Shown piece after piece: positions 12,801 to 25,929 of a stretch of 64,000 nt of DNA. The stretch's first letter is position 1. Each line of letters begins with the position of its first letter. The DNA is taken from the NCBI GenBank assembly GCA_002633005.1, contig NMRA01000166.1, positions 620,001 to 684,000 on the forward strand. The letters are read 5' to 3'. Under the pieces are notes generated by a model. That model ran no database searches. It saw only the letters and a program-made list of their open reading frames with translations, and was not told the origin of the DNA. The translations under genes and the position numbers were made by a program. The DNA is from Phoronis australis. Taxonomy: Eukaryota; Animalia; Phoronida.

Positions 12801-13628
12801 CTTGCCACGGTGTTTCAGGCTGAGATCACTGCAATTAACAGAGCTGCTCAACTGGCACAACAACATAACACTGAGCTTGGCAATCAGCCAATTACCATGT
12901 TTTCAGATAGCCAGGCAGCAATAAAAGCCCTAAAGAAACTAAGGGTCAACTCTTGTTGTGTTAATGCTTGTATTAATGAGCTTAACAAGCTTGCAATTGA
13001 AAGAACCGTCAATATACGCTGGGTCAGGGCCCATGTGGGAATTGATGGCAATGAGAATGCAGACTCGCAAAGATAGGAGCAAGCGTTGCACATTTTGTGC
13101 CTGAACCTGCTATCCCAGTATCTTACGGATGTTGCAGGATGAGTATACGCAACTGGGTACATACCCAGTCAGCAGCCCAGTGGGCATCACTTAACTCCTG
13201 CAGAGCGACCAAGGAGAATTTTCCCAATGTGATCGAACCAAAAGGTTCAAAAGCCTTCTGAGATTGGGTATAAGACTCGTCATTCAAATTTTGACGGGTC
13301 ACTGCAACCTAGCCCGTCACAGACACATTACTGGACATATGGGGAGCCCTGTGTGTCGCGAGTGTGGTACTGACGTAGAATCACCTGGTAGAGTCTTGTC
13401 CAGCTTTTTATAGGCTAAGGAGCAACCTCCTGGATGGCACTGTTAAATGCCTACAACATATAGTGCATGGCAACAAATGGAAACGTCTGTGCTTCACGAG
13501 GAACCATAATTGGGCTCTCGTGCTTTTGCTCAGGTGTTTTGTGCAATGGGCCCAACCATGAGGCCTGCGCATGTCTGATGCACCTCAAATGACATCAGAC
13601 CACTTGCACTGTTTTTTATAAGGGTTAA
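9857..13628 (+). mobile_element. piggyBac-like DNA transposon remnant, interrupted by a LINE
   Basis: TTAA-CCCTTAT at 9857 and ATAAGGG-TTAA at 13618-13628. A frameshifted acidic N-terminus at 10130-10445 (KRGKMTVDQFLEEVFMDSDIE...ESDSDSDEE...WLVPFTHNTGP...SELDIFVTF) resembles the start of piggyBac/PGBD transposases. Confidence 0.6.
11020..13560 (+). mobile_element. 5'-truncated, decayed non-LTR retrotransposon (RT + RNase H + C-terminal zinc knuckle), LOA/Lian-like clade
   Basis: RT motifs KSPGLDMI, W..ARVVFIPKQGK, GTPQGG..SP.LF and QASADD (YADD mutated). RNase H motifs YTDGS, VFQAEI, SDSQAA, WVRAHVGIDGNENAD. C-terminal LTGHCNLARH...CRECG. Multiple stops and frameshifts. Confidence 0.9.
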
Positions 13629-15338
13629 GAGAGTGATACTACAGTCAAGCAACCTAATATTGGACATTTTGGCACATTTGCATTATATTTAATTGGAAAT
13701 GCTACGTGTTGCTGTAAATTCTTTACTGAAACAAAGACTTACCCTTACGGAATTGTTCTATTATTATATCTGGTCGATCTTTAAAAAAGCACAACTAGCA
13801 AACCTTCAGAGAACCTAAATATTGAACACCATGTTTCTGCATACGCCACACCGCGGAAAACTGATAAACCAAGTAATGGCCACGGGCACCTTGTCACCAA
13901 ATTGCATCTTGTGTGTTTTTATATATTTGCTGCTGGAACACAGCTCTGTTCACAACAAAATTATTCATAAAATGTAATCTGGTGACAGCACCATGTTGTT
14001 TCGATGAATCGGTGCAGACAACTAAAGCACGTGCATTGTCATTGCAGTTTGTAGTGTCTGCCTTGTTGATATGACACGCGCACATGTGCAGCCAGGGTTT
14101 GACTTGAGTTTAAAAACAAATGAAAAAATGAAATGGTGGAGTATTGTCAGTTCATTGAGATGATTTCATTGTGAAAACTTTTATAAACATTTCAGGCCGA
14201 CTTGGGGTCTCAATTGCACCCTCCCTTGGTGAAATCAAAAGGATGCAACGCTATAAAAAACGAGACATTGAATGCACTGCATCGGAAGAAAAATCAATGT
14301 CCTTTATTTCTCAGATAATGCTTCGGAAAAATTGGGCAGCATTCTACCATTATTTTGCTGCTGAAGTTGTGGAGTGATCTTATGCGTCGGCTTTCGGTGG
14401 CATGAAATATAGCGTCACCTATTGGCCAGTTTCTTGTTTTGCCAATTTTGCAATCAACTATTCTTCTTCCACGAGGTTGCGCACATGTCACAACAAATTA
14501 TTGGAACTGGTTTCATTTCATTACAAGTTCTTCGTATTTTGATATCCCAAAACTGAATTTCAGAACAAACTGTTCTGCTATGGGTTGGAAGGGCATCACA
14601 CAGTGGTACCAAGCTGTATTTTGACGATAGTCTTCATGCAGCTAGCTGCCTGGCTAGCCAATGTCCAACCACAGGCACCTTTATCAACCACTCAACATTA
14701 TACTAAAATAAAGAGAAAGCTGAACAACTGCTATCCGGTATGGTCAGCCACCAGGCTTTTCTGGAATAACTCGAATCATGTCATTGTGGGAGTAAAGTAC
14801 TCACATACTTTCTAAGTGCTTATCTGCAATTGCCACATTTACTACTTATGTTTGTTGATATTGGCACCAATAAATACCATCCATTCGGGGACATCCTTGT
14901 GTGTTTGTATACTATATCATTGACCAGTATCTATTCATAGTGAAACCCTACATGATAGACTGCTGTTCAGACTTCATTCATGTGAGATTTGGATCAGATC
15001 ACCGGATCTTTCAATTTTGTTGTTGTTTTGCTCTCAAAACCCACACGTATTTCTGTTCACTATACATATTGTTGTTAGAGTTAATAAACTTGTGTGTCAG
15101 TAGAAACCCAACCACTATGTTCATTTTTATGCTGCTCTCCATCAACCTGCTGCTGCTACCTTGCTATCCAACTTATCTATATATCGTTCAATCATTAATC
15201 GAGTAATCAACTATACGACCTATCACACTTGATTTCACGCCGCCCGGGTAACTCTGCGCATCACCACGTCATGAAACCCCAGCTCAACATTTCATGTGGT
15301 AATAAAAACAATATATTTTCTTACTGGTCGAGAAAGCA

Positions 15339-15418
15339 TAGGACTTGGAGCTACTAGGACTAGGAGCTACTAGGACTAGGAGCTACTAGGACTAGGAGCT
15401 ACTAGGACTAGCATCTAC
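15339..15418. repeat. 16-bp minisatellite (TAGGACTAGGAGCTAC) x5
   Basis: Tandem units read directly from the sequence. Confidence 0.9.
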
Positions 15419-15641
15419 TGAGAATTGAACTGGAAGAAATATGTCAATTGTGAAACGGCAGTCTCCTCCTGCCACTTTGGAATTTGTAACGATATGCTAC
15501 AGTTGCAATTCTGTCTATTTGACCAATTCAACTATTGATTGAGGGTATCCTGAAAACTAGGAAACCCAATAAAACAAAATTTACATGCCGATAAACAAAT
15601 TGTTTGCTGCTCTACTGAGTTGTGTGTTTTTTTCATTTCAG

Positions 15642-15748
15642 CAATGTCCTCTTCTACTCAGAGTATTTTGTAATACAGGCAGACATCACTCCATGAGCGA
15701 GTTCGCAAGGGGAAACACTCCTTCAAATGAATTGCAGATCTACACCTG
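15642..15748 (+). CDS. SAP18: SAP18 exon 2
   Basis: Acceptor ttcatttcag|. Encodes QCPLLLRVFCNTGRHHSMSEFARGNTPSNELQIYTW (SAP18 CPLLLRVF...ELQIYTW signature). Donor |gtaat, phase 2. Confidence 0.95.
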
Positions 15749-17614
15749 GTAATAATTTTTTTACCGTGGAATTTTGGTAAAATTTACTTTGCAATAAAAC
15801 TCGCATATGTCTGATCCAACCAAACAGATAATATTTTATCCAATAAACTGAAATCCGGCTTATTTGGTGAACTAGAACAACTGTAGTTTGGATCGTTGTC
15901 TGAGTTCAGCGAAAATCTGACTTATGAATGTCCAACTTAAGCATGTCATACTTGTGTGAGGTTTAATGAATTCACACTCTGGTCTTTTGATGAGCAAAAC
16001 CAGCATGATCTTGGATATGGAATATTCCATTTAGTTGAAGGATTTCTATGTGCAGATTAGATGCTAAGCTAATCAGATTTCTTTCAAATTGTTTTCCTTG
16101 AATTATAACAGCAGTAGTATGTGATAAAAGTTTTTGAATACCATGTGGAGAAAGGATTATTAATATAATGTGAAAAGAGATAGTATGCAATGTCCATGAA
16201 AATTATGCAATAAATTACGAAATGAAGAACAGACAAAAACACCCAAGTCTTATGTTATGGTGTCAATTATGGAATTTAATGAAAATAGAACATAATGCTA
16301 TGTGTGGTAGGAAAGTAGGAGTGCCGGGTGTTTTCACACTGTCTCTTTTGGTTTCTTTCTAGTGAAGGTAAAGAGTCAAAAATCTGAAATACGTATTGTG
16401 AGAGAAAGTTATTATCACCAAGACTTGTGTTTCTGTCTGTTTCCCACATGTCTCCATATTTGTGTATGTGATTGTCAGGAAAATTATTTTGATGTATGAG
16501 TTAATAAGTCTCAGTTCCTGCTCATAATGTCTGCTATATATCGGGAAAAAGTACAATGAACGCATTCACATTGTTTCCAGCCATCTTTATTACTACCCAC
16601 AATTCTCTAATAATCCCATAATTCATAGCATACAAGGTATAGGGGAGCAAACAACTACACCACACATGAATACAGGTTTGTGGAAAAGGGATGTTATGCA
16701 ACAGTGACACAGTGGACTAATTGAGTTTTCTTTGAAGAGTTCTCTAATTTATGTAGTTTTTGTGGAAATAATTTGAAAAATTAAAGGGGAATGCAATGGT
16801 TTTTGATTTGATGAATAATGTGAGAAATAGTAAAAAACTTAAATGATTTTGGATGTGGCTTATCTATGAGAGTACATTTCCTTCAATTGAAATGCGCTCC
16901 TTGATTTTAATGCTATGGTAAAAATTGTTCAATTTTGGACAAAAATAACTGGCTGCTAAAATTGTCATATATCTATCTATAGCGGCTTACCACATTATTG
17001 CATATGTTCAAAAATTTACCACATATTGTTTGGTAATGGCTATACCATACAAGCCATGCTGAAACAAAGTAAACTTTTCTGAAAGGTTACCTTCATTGAA
17101 AAATTTTACAAATTCAAATTTCACCTGTCTGCCGTATTGCGTCCCAAACTGAAGAATTTTTACGGTACATCAAAACATGAGCTCCTGTAAATTTATAATT
17201 AGGTTAATTTACAGATCATTTATCAGGGTTCTGTTTGCACAAGAATCCAAACATGGCTCAAATTGCGTGTGATGTTTTCATGGCCTAATTATGATTTATT
17301 ATAATTCACAGAAACTTCTTGCTTTATGCTATTTTCACTTGCTTAATAAGAAAACCTGGCTTTGTCATCATTACAGCACAAGAATAGAAAATAAATACTT
17401 CTCAGTGCTGGACACTTAGCTTGACGCCATGTTGCATTTGGCGACTTGGTAAAAATACATGTACTAGCAGTTTGTCATTTCTTTAGAGTTAATGTAACAA
17501 AGCATTGTGTTTAACCATATGTTATCATGGATATTTTTAGATTCTTGATTGTATAATTACACAATTCAAATGGCCCTGACCTCTTTTGATTCCAAAAACT
17601 GCATATTCTTCCAG

Positions 17615-17900
17615 GTTGGATGCGTCTTTGAAGGAACTAACAAGTCTTATTAAAGAGGTCAACCCAGACTCCAGGCGAAAGGGAACATTCTTCGATTTTG
17701 GAATTGTTTACCCTGACCCTCGCGCACCTGTTTACAGACTGAGAGAAATCGGGTCAACCTGTGCCGGCCGCAAGGGCGCCGATGACTCTGTGACATTGGC
17801 TGGCAAGAAGTTTGTCATTGGTGATTATCTAGATGTGGCCATCTCACCAGCAAGGGGAGGGGCTGGTCCACCTTTGGGAAGGCGTCTGAGGCCTTATTGA
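17615..17900 (+). CDS. SAP18: SAP18 exon 3
   Basis: Acceptor ttcttccag|. Encodes LDASLKELTSLIKEVNPDSRRKGTFFDF...FVIGDYLDVAISP...RRLRPY*, the conserved SAP18 C-terminal half. Phase is consistent. Confidence 0.96.
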
Positions 17901-18269
17901 TCTGTGAATACTGAAATCTATGAACGTTTTAGAGGCAAATGACACTGAAGTCTTAGGACATTTTATCACCCTTCATAGCAAATGATGTGTTGGACTTACT
18001 GTATGTAGGATTTCATGTTAATATAGTTGACCAAGTCAGTTTTTAAAGATTTTAAAGCAGTTATAAACCCACCATTGGTCATTATTAGACCACTTTCTGT
18101 CATCAAAGTGGCCTTAACTTGTTCTTTAAAAAAACAATTGTAGGCGGTCTGATAGACGTACCAGAGGTGCACAGGCTTCGTATGTGGGCCCCTTGCAATG
18201 ATCACCTGGAACCATTTTTGTTTTTTATTAATATATAGTTAAAACAGAGCTGAGGAGCTAGAGACCTGA

Positions 18270-18359
18270 CTCAAGGGTTTAGCAGTGTGACCCATTGGGA
18301 CTCGAACCCATGACCTCCAGTAAAGAAAGCGGTCACCTATCACACTAGGCCACACTGCT
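18270..18359 (-). mobile_element. tRNA-derived SINE head
   Basis: On the minus strand: A box TGGCCTAGTG and B box GGTTCGAGTCC, then ctgctaaacccttgag. No convincing cloverleaf or anticodon arm. Confidence 0.6.
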
Positions 18360-20979
18360 TCTTCCTTGTTCCTTACTCAGATGAATGATTTCATGTGTAG
18401 GGAAGCACTGAGAGTTCAGTGGTGGTCACCAACTATGTAAAATTTAAAATAGCATAATGTCAGTTATTCCCTAGACCAGGAGTCAGTGCAAGTCTGAATA
18501 ACAATCTACTTATTTTTAAATTTAAATCGTTAAGTGCTCTAAATCAAGTGTTAATTTCTTAGAGAAGGTGGCTTTTATTCTCTGCCTTGGTAACCAAGCT
18601 ATTTCTTTTAATTTGTAACTGTAAGGGCCAACAGTCTTTCCTAGTGAGGGTTAGCACTGGGGAAATACCGTGTAACAGAAGGAAGCAATATGAGATATTT
18701 TGATTGGTTGGAACATCACATTTGGACATTGGTTGTTGTTAAGAAATGCCTTTGTGGCATGCTGCTGACTAAGATGGAGCAAAATCGATGCATTCCACAA
18801 AAATTCACATCTGGTGACTTACTCAAGATAACAAGTTCAAATATAACAAACAATGACTACTTCTCTGGCTTATTCCAAGACCATATCTTTGAAACATCCA
18901 AAGGGAGGCAAATGCACTAATGCAATGCCCGCAGGTAGATATTTTGATGTGTCCTCATGGCAATGCCACTCTTCTCCAGAGGTACCGCTGTGTATCTGCA
19001 GGGGGGGGAGTAAAAGTTAGGACTTGTGTTAAAGCCATCGTTTTGAAGATTAAGTGCAAAAGCACAGATGTAGTAGGTAGTAAGTAAACCTTTGTCTTGC
19101 TATATCAAGTTTATGGTGAATTCTGTGGTTTGATCTGTCTCTTACTTTTATGCACCTACATACCTTGTGCCGTCATCCCCAGTGTCCTCTGCGGTATCTC
19201 CAAAACCAGCTACCGGTGTGCCCCCTGTTATTTTCTTTATGTTTGCCTCCATGAAGCCTACCAATTTTCATGAAATTTGGCAAATAGGTATCTGTCAGGG
19301 AGAGACGGCGCTGTCTTGTTATGGGAGGGATTCCATATATTCTGTGCCACTAAGTGGCCGTCTACTTATTTGGAGTCTGGATTAGTTCTAGACCAGTTGC
19401 AAGAGTAAGTAGTTTAAATCGAAAACTGGTTTCCATTTTTGTGATGAAATACGGGTCCATAGCTGCCTAAAATTTGGCACCCTTTCAAAACCAACTTAAA
19501 GGGTTGCTATGCAGACGTGGCAGTTAGTGAAGTTGGAAATATAGCCGCCTAATACGTGAGGAACACTGAAAAAGTAGCCTACCTTCACCAACAAAAAGAA
19601 AAACACTCTGAATCGAGCTGTCTGTGATCTTCTCTCCGAAAGGAAACTGTATGTGCTACCTAGGCCTACTTCTTATTGAACACCTGTAAGACTTGGTTTA
19701 GCAAGTAGGGTAATCTAGGTTAATAATAAAAAAAGATCGCGCTTCGGTATGATTTGCCCGGATTTCCCCTGGGAAATGTTAGGAAATAACAAAACTTGCT
19801 GTTCGCGAAGATGTCACTGACCTCCCTGATGCGCACTAGTTATATTCTAAAAAGTTTGTGGAGACTAAATATAACAACAACATTTGTAAAAAGAAACAAG
19901 CCCGGGTGTTCAGTCCAGAGGGTGTCCGGTCTTAATTAAACTCGCACAAGAAGGTTAACTTATTTCTTTAAAGTTTGTTTTGATGGTAAATAATACTGTA
20001 GTTCACTGCAATTTGCCCTATGCAGTTTTGGACAAAGGTGCACGAGTATTAAGGGTATAGAGCTAACGTACAAGTACCGGCACAGTGCCAGACCTGCGTT
20101 AAACTTTGGTGAAAGGCTGACAATGTATTTCGAAAAAAAATGAGATGGTTTGTAAAGCGCTGCTTTTGTGGAGCGTATTTATATTAGTTAATAGGAATTT
20201 TAATTCAATAAGATAATTTTGCGAATGCAAAACTATATTTTTCCAGAGGCCCCTCTCTGGCAAGGGGTAATGGAGACAACTGTCGCTCTATTTTTTCGTT
20301 TTTTGCTCGAAATGGCATGTCACTTGAGGAAAATTTTATGACCTGACAGATAGATTGCTGCGCATTTCCTGTTTTCGAAATTATTGATCTTTTCATGTTT
20401 AGGAGCCCCGCCCTTGAAAAGGGGCCATTGTTGACATTCAAGTGGCCACCCTTTTGGGTTCTTATTGACAAATTCTTAAGGGGCCGCTCACGGAGAGTGG
20501 GCCCAATGTTGGAATCGATTATGCATACCTCTATTTTCGTGTTTTTGTGCAATCGTTCAACCGGCTGTCATGTTGAGGAAGGTAACTTCTTGAAGGGTCA
20601 CACGTTGATGGAATGAACTGCCACTCTTTTACAAGCTTATTGATGCCTTTCATCTCAGACCCGTAGCAAGCATTGCGCAGGGAGTGGTTCGAATTTATCT
20701 GGTTGTATTTTGCATGTTACTTACATCGCTGGAAATGGGCACAGCACACTATTGTGAAGGTCCACTACTCCGAAGGTTCGCTACTCCGAAAATATCTAAA
20801 TTTTCGAACCCAGGTTTAATATACTTTTGCATGCAAAATGTAAACGATACTTCGGTTATTAGATGCTCTGAGTGGTGTACCCATACCAAAAACAACGTCC
20901 GCATACTATTGATTTCATGCGCATACAAAATTGCCTGCATGTCTTACCAATACGGAAAACTAAGTACGTTCTTGCATTT

Positions 20980-21617
20980 TTAAAAGGCTACCAAATCCAA
21001 GTTTGGCCTATTAACGAATAATAAAAATGACTTTCCCATCCAGTTCTCTAAAACAAAATAATACTCTGTAACCACTGACAACCCTCGAAAGTTTGCTGAA
21101 AAAATTGAACACTCCTCTCAAAGTTTGCTAAACGAGCGAGCGTAACCTACGTTTTTTGCGAATTACACGACAACTGTGGGAAAGGTCCACCCACCAAGGA
21201 CCATATTGTCCAAACTATGACAAGGGGTTTATGAATTTTCACGTGATTCCTTCATTAAAAAGAATTTTAAACCCTATTTTGATGACTTCAACGAATCTTT
21301 GTCCTCTCTTGCTGTTGCATCATTGGCGTCAATCTTGAAAGATAAAGCAGCAATCAACTAAGAATTTGTACACACTATCTCGAATTGGACATTATGGTCC
21401 TTGGTGGGTGGTTTTTTCCACAGATGCCGCGTAACTCGCTAAAAGCGTAGGTCACGCTTGCATCTTCATTAGAATTTGTAAGGAGTTATCTGATTTTCCT
21501 CAAAACTTTACAGGGTTGTCTATCCGTTACAGAGCATTATTTCGTTTCAGAGAACTGGATGGGAAAGTCGGTTTAGTATCTGTTAATATGATAAAACCGG
21601 GTTTGGTATACTTTTAA
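20980..21617. mobile_element. Long-TIR MITE bounded by TTAA (Kolobok-like)
   Basis: About 240-bp imperfect inverted arms (gactttcccatccagttctct / agagaactggatgggaaagtc; cacccaccaaggaccata / tatggtccttggtgggtg), with TTAA at both ends. Confidence 0.75.
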
Positions 21618-23049
21618 CTTGGAAGATTGACACCAGAGATGCATCAGCAGGTGACAGAACGAGGATTGGTGGAAATGATCACAGGGTTTACTATCCTTTA
21701 AACGAATACGAAGTACATGGGGATATTGATGAATTATTACCTCACTCTACGGAACTAGTGGAAACTAAATGTACTTAGAAGAAGGCATTTCTGTCCCTGC
21801 CAGTAGTCAAAGGGTATGCAATGGTTACTAAATGGACAAAAAACACTATTTCATTCATGTCAGTTCCGACTCATTAGCAGACAATCAGAGTAATGAATTG
21901 TAGGTGTAGTGAAACTTCATAGTGGACTTTGCGAGAAAGGAACCGTCGGAATAGTGACACGTAACCTTGGAAATCTTTTGCATCAAGTTTGTTGCTCGCA
22001 TGAAGTCTGCGAGGCTGTGCACCATTGTCACAGATGTACAAGGGAACACTTTCTTCTTTGACCAAAGAATCATTAGGTCTAGACCTGCTTTTCCCCAATA
22101 CTGTGAACATGCCCGTTTCCTCAGTGCAAGAACATACGGTAGTAAGTGTCTGGTTTTTGATTGAGCAACGACAGAAGACTGCTTAGAGTGAACTTACCGT
22201 TGGCGTGTACTGGATTTAAAAGAATGAAAACGCGCACACGTGCATTCCAGTCCACCAATCCACCATGAAAGTGCACACTGGATGAACAACAATCATTTGA
22301 CGATCACCTTCAATTGGAAATTTGAAATGCCTGCACCTTACCCTACTATGCTACCAAGTATACCAAAATAGCAGATAACAATCATATTTTTTGCTGTTTT
22401 GTTTCTTGGTCGATTTTAAGACATTCACGCCATACTACTTTTTGAGAGCTAGTTCGCTATTTTAAAGCTTTTAAGTTAAAACCTCTTATAGACATTTACT
22501 TCTAGACTCCCTTGTTATCCTATAATGTATCGTTGGCCAGAAGCAAATTCGTCTAACTTAGTTATAATTATAGTTAGTACTACCAGTAGCTGCAACAATG
22601 TTGTTGTTATTTTGGTCAATCTATACCCTATCTCTTACGGATAGCTGGGGGTGGCCCTTTTCCGCGGGGGGAGGGCTCGATCGAACCGTCCGAACCCCCC
22701 CCCGCCCTGGCTAAAAGCCTGCATCTTGAGATGTCCCAATTCAGTGGGGGCCTCTCTCCGTCGGTGGGGTGGTTCGGAGGAATTGTCCCTTTGTCCTTCT
22801 ATACATGTAAATCCGACAATGCGAAGTATTCCCGAGGGGGATTTGAGATTCCAAATTCATATGAAAAACATTCGTGAACAGCACACCAGTATCAAGACAT
22901 TCGACCCAAACGGCTAAAATATGTGAAAAATACACTAGGATTGACCGCCATCGAAAGGGTGGAATATTGAAGAACGTGAAGTCCACTATTTGTGAATTAT
23001 ACAAAGGGACTTTCTAATGGTCAGTTTTACGTTTTCCAATAGTATCACT

Positions 23050-23290
23050 AGAATAGTATTTCTTTTGAAGATTATTGGTAGGAGTTGTTTTCAAGAAATT
23101 CGCACATGTCGAAAAGGCTGTAGGGACTACGATTTGTGCTGACCGCGTACATGTCGAACGGGTGTACTCTTGAAACCATTAACAGACGTTTCAGTTTTTT
23201 GAGATCAAGTTTAACTCGTGAACCGTTATAGATATCCCTGAAATGATTAAAAATACACGTTAATACGAATTCGGACATTTTCTTAGAGGA
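23050..23290 (-). repeat. Dispersed repeat, inverted relative to 63600-63835
   Basis: The reverse complement matches catttcag...taatggttcacga.ttaaacttga...ctgaaa.gt at 63650-63720. Confidence 0.6.
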
Positions 23291-24816
23291 ACCCAAACCC
23301 CGTGGGTAGACCCATCTCCCGTGTTCCCCCGGTGATCTGTCAAAAATCTGCGAGCATGCCTGCGGAAATTGCTTATGACGTTCTGGTTTCTGGTTTACAT
23401 TTTTTCTATATCTACATGTACAAAAATCGACAGATACATAGACAATTAGAAGTTAATCTTGTAAGAATTGATGACGTTTCAGTGAATTTATTTTCAGCCT
23501 GAATTTGGAAAACTCTATAATTCGAACCCCATGTAGTTAAATACACTAGCTTAGAAGATTTTTGCCTGTCTAAAATAACTCTCAAAACATTGATGAGATT
23601 CGCGCAGTTTCCAAAAATATACTCCTAATTTAAATGACAATAAATGCATTGCTTTCGACTCAGTTACAGGATGACAATAAATGGATTGCTTTCGACTCAG
23701 ATACAGGACTTGTGGTTTAAATTCACAAACGGGAGATTAAAAAGGAATTTACTCATTTAATCGAGGCAAACGAATTGCGAGTTACACTGGGGGCTCAGGA
23801 CCGCAGGAAGGTAAAAAATGTTGGGGGAGGGACGCAAACCAATTCGACTTCGCCCGGCAAACTACCCCACCTCCTTTGGCTATCAATATCCTTGAGACTT
23901 ATTTCAGAGAGGAAAAAATCGTTTAGTGTACTTGGCTGTTTGGGATCTGATGGTAGATCGAACTTTCCCAATGTCAGCCTGCAACTAAGTTTACTGAAGC
24001 ATCGCCATTTCCTACAAGATCCCCAGACTCGCTCCTGGTCATGGCCGCGCCTTTAAATTCCTCTGCGAGAACCAATGGTTCGGACATCAGGAATCTGGAC
24101 CCCGGGATTGGAATTTGGTCACCGTACTGCATGTATGCAACATTTTCGGTGCTTGTGTAGAGTTTGAGTCGGGAGATTTCTGTGGTAGTTACACGTGTCT
24201 GCTGGTAAAGGACGGGCCGGGAGTTTAGTAGGGGGTCTGATGGCTGGTCATTGACCGGCCTTAATTCCGCTAACCGGCCCTGCTTGACATGATGGCAAGA
24301 TTCGATTGACCAGCCTTGTTGACATGCCGACTCTAGTAATGCTTGACCTTCACGTTGTGCTTGATAAGGCGACGACTCGACCGCTCTGGAGGCTTTTGTT
24401 CTTTACACACAGATGTAGTATTTTTCTATCATTTTATCTTTATTATAAGCTCTTCTTCGACTAACGACAGTTTCTAATAACATAGCTAAAAACTGAGCCC
24501 TTAATTCAGTCAAAATAATTAGATACTTACCTTAAATTAGGAGCGTTGCATAATATTGAGACTTCAACGTAGATTTCACCTTCAATTTGTATCTAAGCCA
24601 AAAATGGACTTAGTAATGAAACTCAAACATAAGAAAGGACAATCAGTGGTTCCACAAGTGCACAAATACGCAGTAAATTTAGGGACCTTTAGTTGAGTCC
24701 CTGTTTGGTTCTGACCCGAAGTGAGCAAACACAATAAAAGTCGTTCCCGATAAAATAAATGCCAGAGCGTCCGCAAGCTACTACAGCTTCACAGTTAGCA
24801 ACCACAGCAAGACGGA

Positions 24817-25245
24817 ATGAACAAGGTGGAAAAAGGAGAAACCGAACGTAGTAATGGAAACACTACGCAAGCGCTGCTTGAAAAGAATTCAAAAGACGAT
24901 AAAGAGTTTGAATACTTTGAAGACATTCTAGTGTATATCGGTGAATGGGGACGAACTCAAATTTTGCTTAACATGGTAGGCTTATTAACGATCTTCCCTG
25001 TGGTATGGGAGAATTTGGCAATGGTGTTTTTGGCAGGGGTACCGCGACACCATTGTTTGGTAGAAGAGGGTTTGGAGAACATGTCGCTGCCGCTTGAATT
25101 AAACAAAGGTGAATTAGTTTACAGTCAGTGCCATATGTACGACATTAATTTAACAGACCCAGCTCGGAACAACCGCACTGGAACGATTCCATGTCAACGA
25201 TGGCATTACGATGAATCTGACTTCGAAAACACAATTGTTTCAGAG
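24817..25245 (+). CDS. SLC22-family (organic cation/anion/carnitine) MFS transporter, exon 1 of 9 (join 24817-25245,25826-25929,27626-27780,29745-29916,31614-31746,31898-32192,34292-34470,35595-35749,36172-36238; 562 aa)
   Basis: FEDIL..IGEWGRTQ, TM1, and a Cys-rich loop (PRHHC, SQCHMY, PCQRWHYD..TIVSE). Donor GAG|gtaaa. Confidence 0.93.
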
Positions 25246-25825
25246 GTAAATATTTTGTAACATTTGTTACTCATGAACTCCATCTGGTAACATTTCCTGT
25301 AATTACAACTATTTGCACAGCAATATAAATTCGTACACTTAAAGCGAAGGACCACTTTTGGGTCTGGAAGTGTAGTCCATATTGGAAAGGAACGCTGCAT
25401 GAAGTCGATTCTGCAGTTATAGTGTAGCATTAAATAATTCCGATGTGTGCAGACGTCTCTCCGTCTTTTTGGACCAAATATACCCGTCATTAGCACCTAA
25501 TCCTTTATCAAAGGTAACAAATATTAATTGCAATAGTTTTGTTTTTCTCTTATTTTCTTTCTAGCCGACAGTTGCTTGGTTCATTGTTATATTTTGATGT
25601 AACTAGGATGGAAATTAAACTGAGGCAACGAGTGCTACCTATAGAGATGTAACCTTCTTTTTGTTTCTATGTTGCGTTTGTGACTGGAGATGTTGCGTAT
25701 TAAGCGTTATTTGAAATAAAATCAAAAATGAATCAATAAGTCAACTAATTTAAATTGGAATATCTCACTTGTCTTGCAATTGAACAACGAAAACTGTGTG
25801 TGAGTGAACGTGTTTCTATTTTAAG

Positions 25826-25929
25826 TGGAATCTGGTGTGTGGTAAGGCATGGTTGCGAGCATTTTCAACAATGATCTTCTTCTTTGGTTTCTTCGTCGGA
25901 TGCCTTGTGGTCAGTCACCTTTCAGACAG
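25826..25929 (+). CDS. SLC22 transporter exon 2
   Basis: ttttaag| WNLVCGKAWLRAFSTMIFFFGFFVGCLVVSHLSDR |gttagt; 104 nt. Confidence 0.93.

Noticed and set aside
15339-15418. Short regular repeats as a CRISPR array (also 33080-33860 and 59880-60265)
   Set aside because: These are head-to-tail tandem units without unique spacers, there are no cas genes, and the context is eukaryotic.
18270-18359. tRNA gene
   Set aside because: A and B boxes are present, but there is no convincing anticodon or acceptor stem; a SINE head explains it better.
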